A stretch of DNA of 64,000 nt. It comes from Phoronis australis (taxonomy: Eukaryota; Animalia; Phoronida). The notes beneath the pieces are model-generated. The model saw only the letters and a program-made list of their open reading frames with translations. It was not told the DNA's origin and did not search any database. This document shows, in pieces, positions 12,501-21,424 of the stretch. The stretch is from the NCBI GenBank assembly GCA_002633005.1, contig NMRA01000645.1:1-64000 (forward strand), in the 5' to 3' direction. A program made the translations under genes and the position numbers. Position 1 is the first letter of the stretch. Each line of letters starts with the position of its first letter.

Positions 12501-15500
12501 AGGCTCTTTATACTAATATATTATATGTAGGCTTCGGCTTGACTTGATGCAGTCATTAGGTAGTGCTGCAACGACCGCAGAGGATCCAAAATGGGTCCGA
12601 TGGCTTTATCAGCTGCATTCACTTGAGGATTGGAGGAAAGGCATTAATTAGAACAGAGACTTGTAAGCACAACAGGCTTACAGAGTCAGTTAAAGTTCAT
12701 AGTGTCAAGACTCGTTATTTACATGTCATAAACGCCAATAGATTAGGGCAAATGTTGACTTCCTCAATACATAGCATTGGAAGGTTTGAAGAAAATATTG
12801 CGTCAATTTTGTCTGAATATTTTAGTGTCCAAGCGCAGTGCGCCGACATGGCCCACCGCAAGTGGAATAACGGAAATGGCAGCGAGACGACACTGTTCCT
12901 CGTTGTTGAGCGGTGCAAAAGCAACGGCTTGTCAGTCAGTTCTCAGTGTAACAAAAGATGCTAATGTTGATAGCTGTGTGGAAGATATTTTCGTAAGTAG
13001 TCCGAGTTACGTTAGTGACCGTTCACTCCCTGACTTCTGAGTGATGTGCGATTCATTGCCGCTCACACGAAAAGGCAAGGTTAACTGAAGCACAAAAGCA
13101 TTCGTTATACTTTCTTTTTCATTTTGGACTGCTCAAAGATCTCTCGAAATATTGTTCCAGTCTGTGTCTCGAAGTGTTTCACTTACACCTGTGAGTACTT
13201 ACAAGAAGCATTAACGGTACTTATCGCTCAGAATGGAGTGTTTTTCAAGGCGAGAGCTAGGATGAGGTTTTTCAATAAATTTCCCACGAAAGGATTCATT
13301 TTATGATTAGAAAATCAATAAAAATTCTTTTTGTAACAGTATTCTACAAGATAATATTTTTGAAAAAAAAATGAAGAAATGTTTCCAATTTCAGGTATAT
13401 ACACAAAAATTACCGAGAGTGGCGTAGATGAAGTAATATCCCACGTGACATTATTCCGCGTATCGGCCGAGACCGAAGTTCGAAGTCGATACGCGGAATA
13501 ATATTGAGTATAATTTATCCCAAACGCGTTGCCAAATTTCTAAGCGGCATAACCCCTAAAAATAGTATTATCTCGCGGTCAACTTCCATCAGGTGGAAAA
13601 GTATAACATGTTTTAATGTTAAATATCCCCATTATTTCACCAGTACTTCGATGGTCTTGAGGCCGGGCAAGCTATAGCTGGTAACTTGGACGCAGTCTGT
13701 AAAGACGCGTTAATTGACCAGAAAAAAGTCAACGAGAAGCCGGACGGAACTCTGGCTTACCCGAAGGAGTTTGAATCATTCTGCCCGAACATGTGCAACT
13801 TACACGGAAAGTGCCAGAGTGGAAAATGCATTTGCTACCCGGGGTATGGCTCAGACGACTGCTCGGTGAATTTAAAGGAACCGCCTACTGTCGATGGATT
13901 CGTTGGGTAACGTATTGTCTCCGGCAACGTGCCATTATCATTTAATGGCGAGAGAAGCAGTTACTGAAGTTAAACTACAAATTAACCAGCAAATCCCTGG
14001 TTATCGCGGAGAGACATTTCCAGTGTAAATCACTTGACGGGAACAGTAGGTGACATAACCCGGCACAGCAAAAGCTTTTTTGTCTTTGCATTCCATTGAG
14101 CAAATAAGAATGACCAACACAGGTTGTGTTCAACAACAAATAGGATATTAATTGTGTTTGTTCAATGAAAGTGAAAGCAGAACCAAGGTGTGGCCCTTTT
14201 GGGGGACAGTCCACCTCGCTTTCTTTTGTTCTGTTGGTAGTAAATGCACGACAGTGGAATAGTAATTAACTCAGAAGTACCTCCAAGACAACCAGGAATT
14301 TGTATTTTCACTAAAAGTTAACTGAAAAACGGCTGCGTTACATATTAACTTTAATTTGGTAAGTAGATCGACGCCCTATTTCCACTTCGTTTGAGTCAAA
14401 AATTTCATAAAACAGATTTAACGCAAGTTAGGTCAGTCGAATCTTAAGCTCACCTGTTGATAATGCTCATTCAACACAACTCTAATTATTTTCCAACTTA
14501 TTTTAATAAGTTAAACAGGACATAAAACTGAATATAATATGAATTTTAGTTGAATTTTTACTTTTTTGTGCACCACCTCCTAAAATGGCCGCCGTGGTGA
14601 GTGACAGCTGACTTATGCATCATGGGTACTCACACAATTGCGGCCATATGTAATGACGTTTCCGCGGAAACTCCGACCACTTATTAAAAAAATCAAAAAG
14701 TAACAGTAAAATAAGGTAATAACAAACAGGACTGAAATTTATAAAATGTTTACATTTTAGTGATATCGTTCGTCTTATGATACTCTTCCTGTGTTCTGAA
14801 TCAGGAATGTAAAGGAAAGAGTATTTTAATAGCTTTGTCCAACGCCAAGTCTCTGAACCAGAAATTACTTAGTAAGAGTTCAGTGAAATAAGTGTGCCTG
14901 AAGCTGTCCTCAAGTATATGATGTTTTACGCAAATGATGCGTGTGTGAGTGTTTGTGCGTGTGTGTACTTGTGAGTTTGTGCGTGTGTGTGTGCGTGCGC
15001 GTGTGCGTGCGTGCGTGCGCGTGTGTGTGCGCGAGCACGTGCATGTGTATGTACGCATACGTATGTACGTTTTTAAAGCAAAATTCACTACACTGATTAG
15101 CCATTACGTAAACTTTTGTAAGAGTTTTATAAAAAATCTCAATGACACTTTTAACAGTATTTTTCAGAATGCTACCACGTGATTTTTCAGTGGCCAGTCA
15201 TGCGATGCGAGTCAGATACCGTGCTTCGAACTATATCCTCTCGTGTCAAATGTCCTCAACGCAACGACACTCAGATGTCTCTACTCAACTACATTGGTGA
15301 GTAAAACCTGTACGTATTAACGTTTACTTTTACTTTGAACAGTTAGTGGCCGACTTTTTCTAGGCAGCATACGGGAAATCGAAAGTCCTGGTGACGCTCA
15401 ACAGTTTTTCTTCTGTTTTGGGCTAGTGGTCTTGAAAAATAAGTTGAGTAACACACTGCCCCACCTCTCTGCACAAAACCGGAAATTATGAAGAGTGAAT

Positions 15501-17154
15501 AGAATAAAATACTTCAAAACTTTGCACAAACTACAATAAAACTTGTTCTTCGAAAAAATATACAAATTAATGTAAAGAATGCACAAAAAGCTACCCTAAA
15601 ATCTGAAAATTTCCATTTCTTCTCAAAGAAGTCTTTCGAAGGAATTTTAAATAAAAAAAATTCATTTCCAGGATGGAATGCAGCATAAACTTTCAACGCG
15701 AGCAAAATTCATTGATTTCCGACAAGTTTCGTGCGAAGTTCCCCTTGCTTTGGATCGAGTGTCTACAGGAAGTAAGTGAGGGAGAATTTCTCAAAAGTGA
15801 GAACATAAAATTCTCGGGGACGAATTTCACATAAAGCACACATTATGCAAGAAAACTACGACTTAGTGGTATTTCAGGCAGTTTTTCTAGTTGAAGAACC
15901 CAGGTTATTTGGTCAGATAACAAAAAAGAACTTGTCTCCATATCTCGACTGGGGAAAACACAGGTACTTTCCAAGAAAACTTACTTAGCTCAGACAAATC
16001 TTAAATTTAAGTCAATTTTGAGATGAAATTTATAATTTGTCTCAAGTCGTTTTCAAGAAAGAGACCTTGAGTTTGATTTAGGTTCTTGACTCAAGTTTTG
16101 TCTTAATTTTGGCTAAGTTGCCAGATGTAGATTTTTGTTTGGAAGTTGAGACAAATCTTACACTTAAGACAAACTTTAACTTAAAAAATGAACTTAAGTC
16201 AGTTTCTTGGAACGGGCCCCACAGCCTTATATGTAACTCAGAACACGAAGCACACTAGAACAAGTCTTAATAAGGTCCTTTGTGCAAAATGAGGGTCACA
16301 ATGGTTGGGCCTTTGGCCTACATAATCAAAGTATTGTATAATGGTAGCTTATGCTCCCCTCTAACAACTTCCCAAACCGTACTTGGTAGCTGCATTCAAT
16401 TGTTGGCGAATGGATTTGTTCATTTCAGAGGAGCAAATTCGAACATTAGATGTATCTCTGACGAACGATGTGAAAACGTTCAGCAAGCCTCTGTCGTTCA
16501 CCATATACAGTTCTCAATGTTACGCGTGTAGCAGAACGGGCACGTGTAAACTGAAGGTATGCATCCATGCACTTAATGTGCTATGCTCTAACGAGCTCAC
16601 GGTAGACTAAGCACAAGACTAAAAAAAAAAACGTTATAGAGGGCGACACTGAAAAACATCAGCGATGGCAAAGACAAGGAGGAAAACAACAGTGGTTAGG
16701 GTAACTATGAAATATAAGACGAACGTTGATATGAAATGAAAACCCAACATTTGAAATGTTGCCCCGGCTATGTCACCTTCTGAGAACTTTTTCACCAAGC
16801 ACATAAATGATTGACTACACGTTGTTCATTTAATTTCCAGCCGCTTAAGTGCGTCATCAATGGAGTATGTTTTAGAGGTGACAGGAATCCACTGGACAGC
16901 TCGCAATATTGTATTCCCTTCGTATCCACTGACCATTGGGTCCACGGTACGGTAGGTAAAGCCAGTTGTTCCGTTGACCTTTCTGTAATTTCCTCACATA
17001 TCCTTGCTTGCCACTAAGTCTTATGGTTCTTTGACACAATTATACTCGATGAAGAAGCGTGAGTGACTGTTCTCATGGTTATCTGCCTTCTTTTCAGGCG
17101 TCCAAGGCTGAACGGTCAAGAACTCAAGGGTCAACTAAAGTGTCATCTTCTTAA
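107..17154 (+). CDS. VWDE: VWDE-like secreted protein (von Willebrand factor D and EGF domain-containing), multi-exon gene, 5'-partial; 18 exons in window, ~900 aa
   Basis: Exons chain with canonical AG/GT sites and matching phases and no internal stops. Domain order: D8C/D10C ([21 protein letters not shown]), Ig-like (FKC..VTWY), [11 protein letters not shown] ([19 protein letters not shown]), [12 protein letters not shown] ([24 protein letters not shown]), C-terminal CVINGVCF. This matches invertebrate VWDE-like proteins. Family assignment is from motif recognition; no search was run. Confidence 0.85.
1458..1672 (+). CDS. VWDE: VWDE-like exon (Ig-like segment)
   Basis: ctttaag|CC (phase 1), AAG|gtgatt; [30 protein letters not shown]. 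Confidence 0.75.
2562..2702. repeat. two tandem copies of a ~70-bp short element
   Basis: gtgcagca(c/t)tgaaataagtg..ggg..tagcccc..agcc.cctatggtg.gccgcccat occurs twice. Confidence 0.7.
2705..3900 (+). mobile_element. degenerate internal part of the Helentron/DINE-like family also at 52.4-54.2 kb
   Basis: Periodic gccacctagtggc-like and atgaaaattgg-like motifs shared with 52657-53970; no termini recognised. Confidence 0.55.
4120..4170 (-). mobile_element. tRNA-derived SINE head remnant
   Basis: Minus strand TTTGGCTCAGCGGTAGAGCGTTCGGCT is an A-box/D-arm-like sequence; no complete cloverleaf. Confidence 0.5.
4639..4707 (+). CDS. VWDE: VWDE-like exon
   Basis: ttttcag|TTA..CGC|gtaagc, phase 0/0; [23 protein letters not shown] supplies the second Ig-like Cys. 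Confidence 0.8.
5005..5250. repeat. degenerate (CAC/CAT)n trinucleotide microsatellite
   Basis: Visible run of cac/cat/cac; source of the poly-T/V/M pseudo-ORFs. Confidence 0.9.
5355..5490 (+). CDS. VWDE: VWDE-like exon
   Basis: ctcttag|TCT..GATA|gtaagt; ..[21 protein letters not shown].., a motif typical of VWDE. Confidence 0.8.
5585..5766 (+). CDS. VWDE: VWDE-like exon
   Basis: ttttccag|GT..TCG|gtacga, phase 1/0; [24 protein letters not shown].. Confidence 0.8.
6115..6188 (+). CDS. VWDE: VWDE-like exon: start of VWD domain (GDPH)
   Basis: tttttag|AAA..CA|gtgagt; [24 protein letters not shown]. Confidence 0.88.
6384..6465. repeat. ~80-bp foldback (hairpin)
   Basis: gttaaacatgttgttttt ... 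aaaaacaacatgtttaac, an 18-bp perfect inverted repeat extended imperfectly (cacaaaa / ttttgtg). Confidence 0.8.
6765..7010 (-). mobile_element. Penelope-like retroelement relic (RT-EN linker + GIY-YIG endonuclease), pseudogenised
   Basis: Minus frame [64 protein letters not shown] matches the Penelope pattern PYVxGLSE..KP..TLR..LVHPKD..GVIYxIxCxxC..YIGxTxRxLxTR. Confidence 0.8.
7360..7423 (+). CDS. VWDE: VWDE-like exon (VWD)
   Basis: tttttag|G..GAG|gtaact, phase 2/0; [21 protein letters not shown]. Confidence 0.88.
7778..7960 (+). CDS. VWDE: VWDE-like exon (VWD)
   Basis: atttcag|ATT..AGG|gtaaat; [37 protein letters not shown]. Confidence 0.88.
8120..8674 (-). pseudogene. THAP zinc-finger protein/transposase 5' relic
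   Basis: Minus strand with two frameshifts and stops: [25 protein letters not shown]../[24 protein letters not shown], i.e. THAP motifs CCxPxC, PxD..W, RxCxxH and the AVP box, then an S/P-rich linker. Confidence 0.7.
8777..9102. mobile_element. AT-flanked MITE (TIR TGACCTATCGC) containing an inner foldback (8796-8936)
   Basis: aAT|tgacctatcgc ... gcgataggtca|ATt; inner arms acgctaggacctagctaaaa / ttttagctaggtcctagcgt. Confidence 0.7.
9060..10324. repeat. direct duplication of ~597 bp (9060-9655 and 9728-10324) straddling the N at 9656
   Basis: Near-identical copies differing by about ten substitutions and one 1-bp indel; copy 1 ends exactly at the N. Confidence 0.95.
10410..10615 (+). CDS. 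VWDE: VWDE-like exon (VWD C-terminal part)
   Basis: cttcctaag|ATT..AC|gtaagt; [24 protein letters not shown]. Confidence 0.88.
11654..11804 (+). CDS. VWDE: VWDE-like exon
   Basis: tttaag|A (phase 2)..AAG|gtaaca; ..[15 protein letters not shown].. Confidence 0.78.
12219..12354 (+). CDS. VWDE: VWDE-like exon containing RLKR furin-type site
   Basis: ttttttag|TAC..CATG|gtgagt, phase 0/1; [27 protein letters not shown].. Confidence 0.8.
12826..12992 (+). CDS. VWDE: VWDE-like exon (WPTxSG region)
   Basis: tttag|TG..TTC|gtaagt; [29 protein letters not shown]. Confidence 0.88.
13450..13502. repeat. 16-bp perfect inverted repeat with 21-nt spacer
   Basis: attattccgcgtatcg ... cgatacgcggaataat. Confidence 0.85.
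13644..13906 (+). CDS. VWDE: VWDE-like exon with EGF-like domain
   Basis: tttcaccag|TAC..GG|gtaacg; [32 protein letters not shown]. Confidence 0.9.
14938..15070. repeat. (TG/CG)n purine-pyrimidine microsatellite
   Basis: gtgtgtgagtgtttgtgcgtgtgtg..gcgtgcgcgtgtg. Confidence 0.9.
15191..15296 (+). CDS. VWDE: VWDE-like exon
   Basis: tttttcag|T..TTG|gtgagt, phase 2/0; [18 protein letters not shown]. Confidence 0.85.
15672..15771 (+). CDS. VWDE: VWDE-like exon
   Basis: atttccag|GAT..GGAA|gtaagt, phase 0/1; ..[16 protein letters not shown]..; needed to join the phases of the flanking exons. Confidence 0.85.
15962..16220. mobile_element. MITE, inverted relative to the copy at 34292-34527
   Basis: gtttggaagttgagacaaatcttacactta is the near reverse complement of taagtctaagatttgtctcaacttctaaac at ~34330; terminus tttcttggaacgggcccc. 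Confidence 0.7.
16429..16556 (+). CDS. VWDE: VWDE-like exon
   Basis: catttcag|AG..AAG|gtatgc; ..[30 protein letters not shown]. Confidence 0.88.
16841..16955 (+). CDS. VWDE: VWDE-like exon (Cys-rich C-terminal module)
   Basis: atttccag|CCG; [33 protein letters not shown]; donor ambiguous (after 16946, 16951 or 16955). Confidence 0.8.
17098..17154 (+). CDS. VWDE: VWDE-like probable terminal exon (stop at 17111 or 17154 depending on upstream donor)
   Basis: ccttcttttcag acceptor, short open frame to stop, AATAAA at 17186-17191. Confidence 0.55.
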   Translation, partial: ASKAERSRTQGSTKVSSS

Positions 17155-17185
17155 GCCATACGATTAAATGACACTCATAGAAGGA

Positions 17186-17191
17186 AATAAA
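17186..17191 (+). terminator. putative polyadenylation signal of the VWDE-like gene
   Basis: AATAAA shortly after the stop codon(s) of the last exon. Confidence 0.45.
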
Positions 17192-17541
17192 TAATCTTAG
17201 ATTTAACTAATTGTTCAAACTTGCCGCCGGGGCTTACTGATTTGAGCGTGAAGTAGATTTCACGTGCTGGTCGATTTGGCGACCAGCTCACCAACTGCGA
17301 CCTCAATCAAAATTGCCGGTGTCAACTTTACCCCTTCCTGGCGTAATTCCAACAGTTATCCCCTTTAAAGCAAGGGGGCAAACAAAAGAAAACAACTGCA
17401 AGACTGGCCGAATTGTTTCTCAATGAACATTTCCCTTGCTCTTAGTGGGTAACTATGTAAAAAAACTAAATTGCATCCGAGGCAGCCAGTTGAGCTCGAA
17501 GGGCCCCTTCCGCCGGTCTCAGTGCCTGTACATAGCCTTAA

Positions 17542-18854
17542 AGATGCTATGTCTCATGAAAATCTTGAATATTTAAGTTTGTAGCATGCGCCACCTTTTG
17601 ACATCCTAGAGAGTTGTGTGTGCAGGTACAATCAGGAAAAGAAAAAATTGTGATACACTGAAAAACAAGTGTGAACATATAGAAAACCCTAAAAATTCCA
17701 AATATTACCCAATCGTTATCGAGCGTCGGGAAATGTTGAGTTTATTAATTAACCCCGGTAATTGAAATTCTACGGCTGAAACAAGATTTAAATGTGTGCA
17801 GTTTTAGTGTGAGGGGGCTCAGATCCAATTTCGAGTGTCAAATTCGGAACACGGCGCAATCGTAACAGAACTATGGCTAAGTATAGGCTCTCCCGCGATA
17901 TCCCAGGCGACCGGCAGTGGCGCTGGGCACTACGACTCCGTTTCCATCGTCTGCTCCACTGTGCAATGAAGAAAATTACTTCATTTTTTTAAAGAAAATG
18001 GAATCTGAGTGATGATGAAAAAACAGAAGCTGCTGGTAAGATGTCAATTTAATCGAAGCCTTAAATTAATGAATCACTCAGAACTCATAATTCTCTCTTT
18101 GTCAAACCGATTTCCAAAGCAAACGCGTCATTATTGCCAACACAAAAAACGGATTTGGTCTTTTGGGCAATTGAAAACTATTTTAAATACAACAAATTTG
18201 TTACGAACTGATATCACAAAATATAAAACATGTAATGAGCATTACAAAAAGAAGGAGGTTTCGCGCGCAAACGCTGTGGACTATAAAAAGTAGTCTCTTA
18301 GTATCGAATCACGAGTTAAATCGTGGTGGTGCAGTAAAGCACGCGCGCTCTATTCGTCAGGTCGTGAGTTCGAACAAGGAGTTTACACTTCTTGGTTCGA
18401 GTCTGAGGTACTTGCAGTTTTCCTGTGTGACAATTTCTCCGTTTTTTTCTTTTGCCTTTTTTTCTTGGATAATACAGGTACTTCGGGAATCAAGGAAAAT
18501 ACTTTAAAACACAAATATTTCCTGGGCGGGAGGAGGGCAAACCCTCACGACCTCCCCCCATTCGGTACTATGCGCATTTAAAATTGTGCTTTGAGCAAAT
18601 GTTTAGAGACAAAATTTTGCCCCCCCCCTTGTGATATCCTAGATCCGCAACTGAAACAAACAAATAAAAAAAACTGCGCCTCATTTCATTAGGGTAACAA
18701 TGACATATTACTATACTCATTTACATAAAAATAGTCTCGCAAGACAAGACTTTCGCGAGATTGTATTGGTAACTGGCTCTCGGATTGTTTTCTGCTCACT
18801 TGAAGACCCGGGGTTGTTGGTAAACGTGTACTTTGCGTATGAGACATAACATCT
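17542..18854. mobile_element. non-autonomous Kolobok-type DNA transposon (1.3 kb)
   Basis: TTAA|AGATGCTATGTCTCAT ... ATGAGACATAACATCT|TTAA: 16-bp TIR with one mismatch, TTAA TSD, AG..CT termini. Contains a tRNA-like piece (~18322-18375) and a hAT-MITE-like right end (~18500-18653). Confidence 0.8.
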
Positions 18855-19257
18855 TTAAGCCTTAAAGTCGACATGTAACTTGAGTAGCAAGATAAGCCGT
18901 CTGATCAGAAGACAAGACAGTAGCTTTAGTGAGCTATCACAAGTTTTCCTATCAGCGCCTCGAGTAATTAGTACAACCACTAAATTGAGCAAGAGCAACG
19001 GAAGCGTAGATATATAGCCACGACAGCACCCCAAACGGCGTTAGCCTCTAGGGAATTCATTAGTATCAAAAAGGGCACTAGGGTTCAAAGTGTAAGTCAA
19101 ATCTGCCTGAAACAAGGAAGTTCTGCCGTCTCTCTATAAAATTATTTGTTAAGTTACTGGGAACATCAGTCCATAAACGAGCTCGGTAGATATAGAACCC
19201 GACGCAGCTGTGGGGCTAACTTGCCACCAGAGGACGTCACAGTAACAGGACTCATCC

Positions 19258-20335
19258 TGCTGTGCGTGAACTTGAAATCCTGCTTAAGGGGGCACAGAAC
19301 AGTTCTCACTGCAAAACCCACATCACTTGATTTGTCACCTTTTCTTCACTCTAAAAAATAGGATGCAAAGAATAACATGTTTTCAGTTATTTCACATAAA
19401 AAGCCCTGCAGATGAGCGCAGAAACTTTATTCTCTCTTGTATTTTTGAACCTTTCAATCCCACTGACAAGCTAGACTAAGAAAAATAAGGGCAAAAAGTG
19501 CAAAATCGGCACTTTTCACCCCAAAAACACCACTTCCCTGCCGACGCACGACTAAAACTAACAATAGATTCTGAAAGCAAATTTCCCACAGATTCCGAAA
19601 ATGTGGTTCAAAAGTACTGTCAACTAACTAGTTTTTGGCAATTCTGGCTTGTTTGAGGGCTACCTAAAATCGCAGCCAATTTCTCAGTCGCTACCCAGCA
19701 ATGCACCATTACAACCGGGGGCCGCCATCTTGAAGAAGAGTGCAGCTACAGCCGAGAAAGTGGCCTTTTTATTCTCAGCATGTTCACAAATGCAAACAAA
19801 TCACATTCACTGAGCCTACATGCAATTCCCACCTACAAAATGCCCCCAAACTTGGCTTACCCCAGAATTTTACTATTTTGGCAGTGCATTTGACCGCGGC
19901 CGCAGCCTAACTATTCAGTGCCACCTTATTCTCAAGATTAAGCGGAAGTGAGTGTTGCGTGAACTTGGAATTGAATATTTTTAAGACAAAAAGGTAAAAA
20001 ATTTTTGTTCGGTGAAAAGAATCTTTGTAATTATTGGCCTCCCGATCAACCATTTTCTCCTTTACCGTAACTTGTGTCGCTGGACCGGAGGTATATGTGA
20101 ATGGCTAAATCGATTATTGTTTCGTGAAACTGATCGCCCGTAATTGAAAAGGTTGGTTAAAATTGACATTATTTTATTCAAATGTAACTTGATTTAGTGC
20201 AGTGCAAATTTCTATGAACATGAACGTGATTATTTGAGTGAACTTGTCAAGTTGCCTCGCGTATTCTGAAGTTCACGCAACACTCACTTCCGCTTGATAT
20301 TGAGATTAAGCAGGATTCCATGTTCACGTACAGCA
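19258..20335. mobile_element. MITE family A (~65-bp TIRs), interrupted in its left TIR by 19288-19925
   Basis: tgctgtgcgtgaacttgaaatcctgcttaa[..]tctcaagattaagcggaagtgagtgttgcgtgaact vs agttcacgcaacactcacttccgcttgatattgagattaagcaggattccatgttcacgtacagca; uninterrupted inverted copy at 55911-56333. Confidence 0.88.
19288..19925. mobile_element. Kolobok-type MITE family B
   Basis: TTAA|GGGGGCACAGAACAGTT ... AACTATTCAGTGCCACC|TTAt; removing it restores the family A TIR. Confidence 0.82.
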
Positions 20336-20403
20336 ATCCCAAAATCAATGTCACTAGTGCTCTAAACTGGAACGCACACCAAACTTCATCCACCAAGGAT
20401 CTC

Positions 20404-21424
20404 AGCCTCGCTCCCAAGTCTCACGATGGCGTTGATTGGTTTAGCCATTTGAGGCTTGGGGGCACACTACAGTTACAACAGGGTTTTGGCTGCCTACAAA
20501 CACACCCAAGTGGAGACCAAGAGTCCTTATCTCACGCCCTTATCGAGAATCTGAAAAAAAAAACAAAAGTTTTTTTGGCGTTTCCAACTCACAAGCACTA
20601 CTCGTGATAATTGAAACTTAATTCTGCTACAGATTTTTAATCGGCTAATTCACATTGGGAAAAAATACCGGCACACAAAAATAGGACCAAAAATACCAAA
20701 TTTGACAGTTTTCTCCCCAAATTTATTACTTCCTTGCAAGTGCTAGAAAAAATCTGACAACAGATTCAAAATTCTCGTTCTCTCTAGATTCTAAAAAAAT
20801 GATCATAGTACACCCCTTACCAGCTACTTTTCTCATTTAAAAGCACAAGTAAATCACTTTCATGGAACTTTTTTCAACAAATTTCTCAAACCTCCTGCCC
20901 AATTTGACACACGCCCTGTATTTAATTTCTAGAAAATGTCCTGTGGCTACAGCCTAACTGTTCAGTGCCACCCTTGGTTATGGGAAATGAAATGTGTCAG
21001 AATTTTGACACATTTTCACGGAAATCGCCGGAATATCACGATTAAAAGTTACCATCAACTTTGAAATTTTCTGCAGCATAACATAAAAATGAATACTAAC
21101 TGTAGCAATTAAGGTCTACAAATAATGTGATTCAAAAACAGAATAATTTTTATGATTCTATTAATAAACATGAATTGAAAACTGGGAGTAATATGATATT
21201 GGTCCTAGATTGAAAATAAGCACACCGACAACCTTTTTTCAAACAATTACCAACGCAATGTCTTCTGCTTCATGAATGACAGCAATAACGTCTGTGAAAA
21301 TAATTGTGCCTTTGTTTTGGTGACGTCAAGGAAACGACCAATCATTGCACAGAAGGTATTTCCCATAACTAAGCCTCAAATGGCTAAACCGAACAGCATC
21401 ATCTTGAGGCTTGGAGACGAGACT
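20404..21424. mobile_element. MITE C with ~65-bp TIRs and a 10-12-bp TSD (Mutator-like by TSD length)
   Basis: accaaggatctc|agcctcgctcccaagtctca..ggtttagccatttgaggct ... agcctcaaatggctaaacc..ttgaggcttggagacgagact|accaaggatctc. Confidence 0.8.
20459..20972. mobile_element. family-B-related element inserted in the left TIR of MITE C
   Basis: CTTG|ggggcacactacagtt ... cagcctaactgttcagtgccacc|CTTG; right end nearly identical to that of 19288-19925; the host TIR resumes as gttatgggaaat. Confidence 0.75.

Noticed and set aside
14801-15182. His/Thr/Arg-repeat ORFs
   Set aside because: Translation of a (TG/CG)n microsatellite.
18322-18375. tRNA gene (also 4120-4170, 56700-56770, ~63730-63785)
   Set aside because: A/B-box-like motifs only, with no complete cloverleaf or acceptor stem; treated as SINE-derived remnants.
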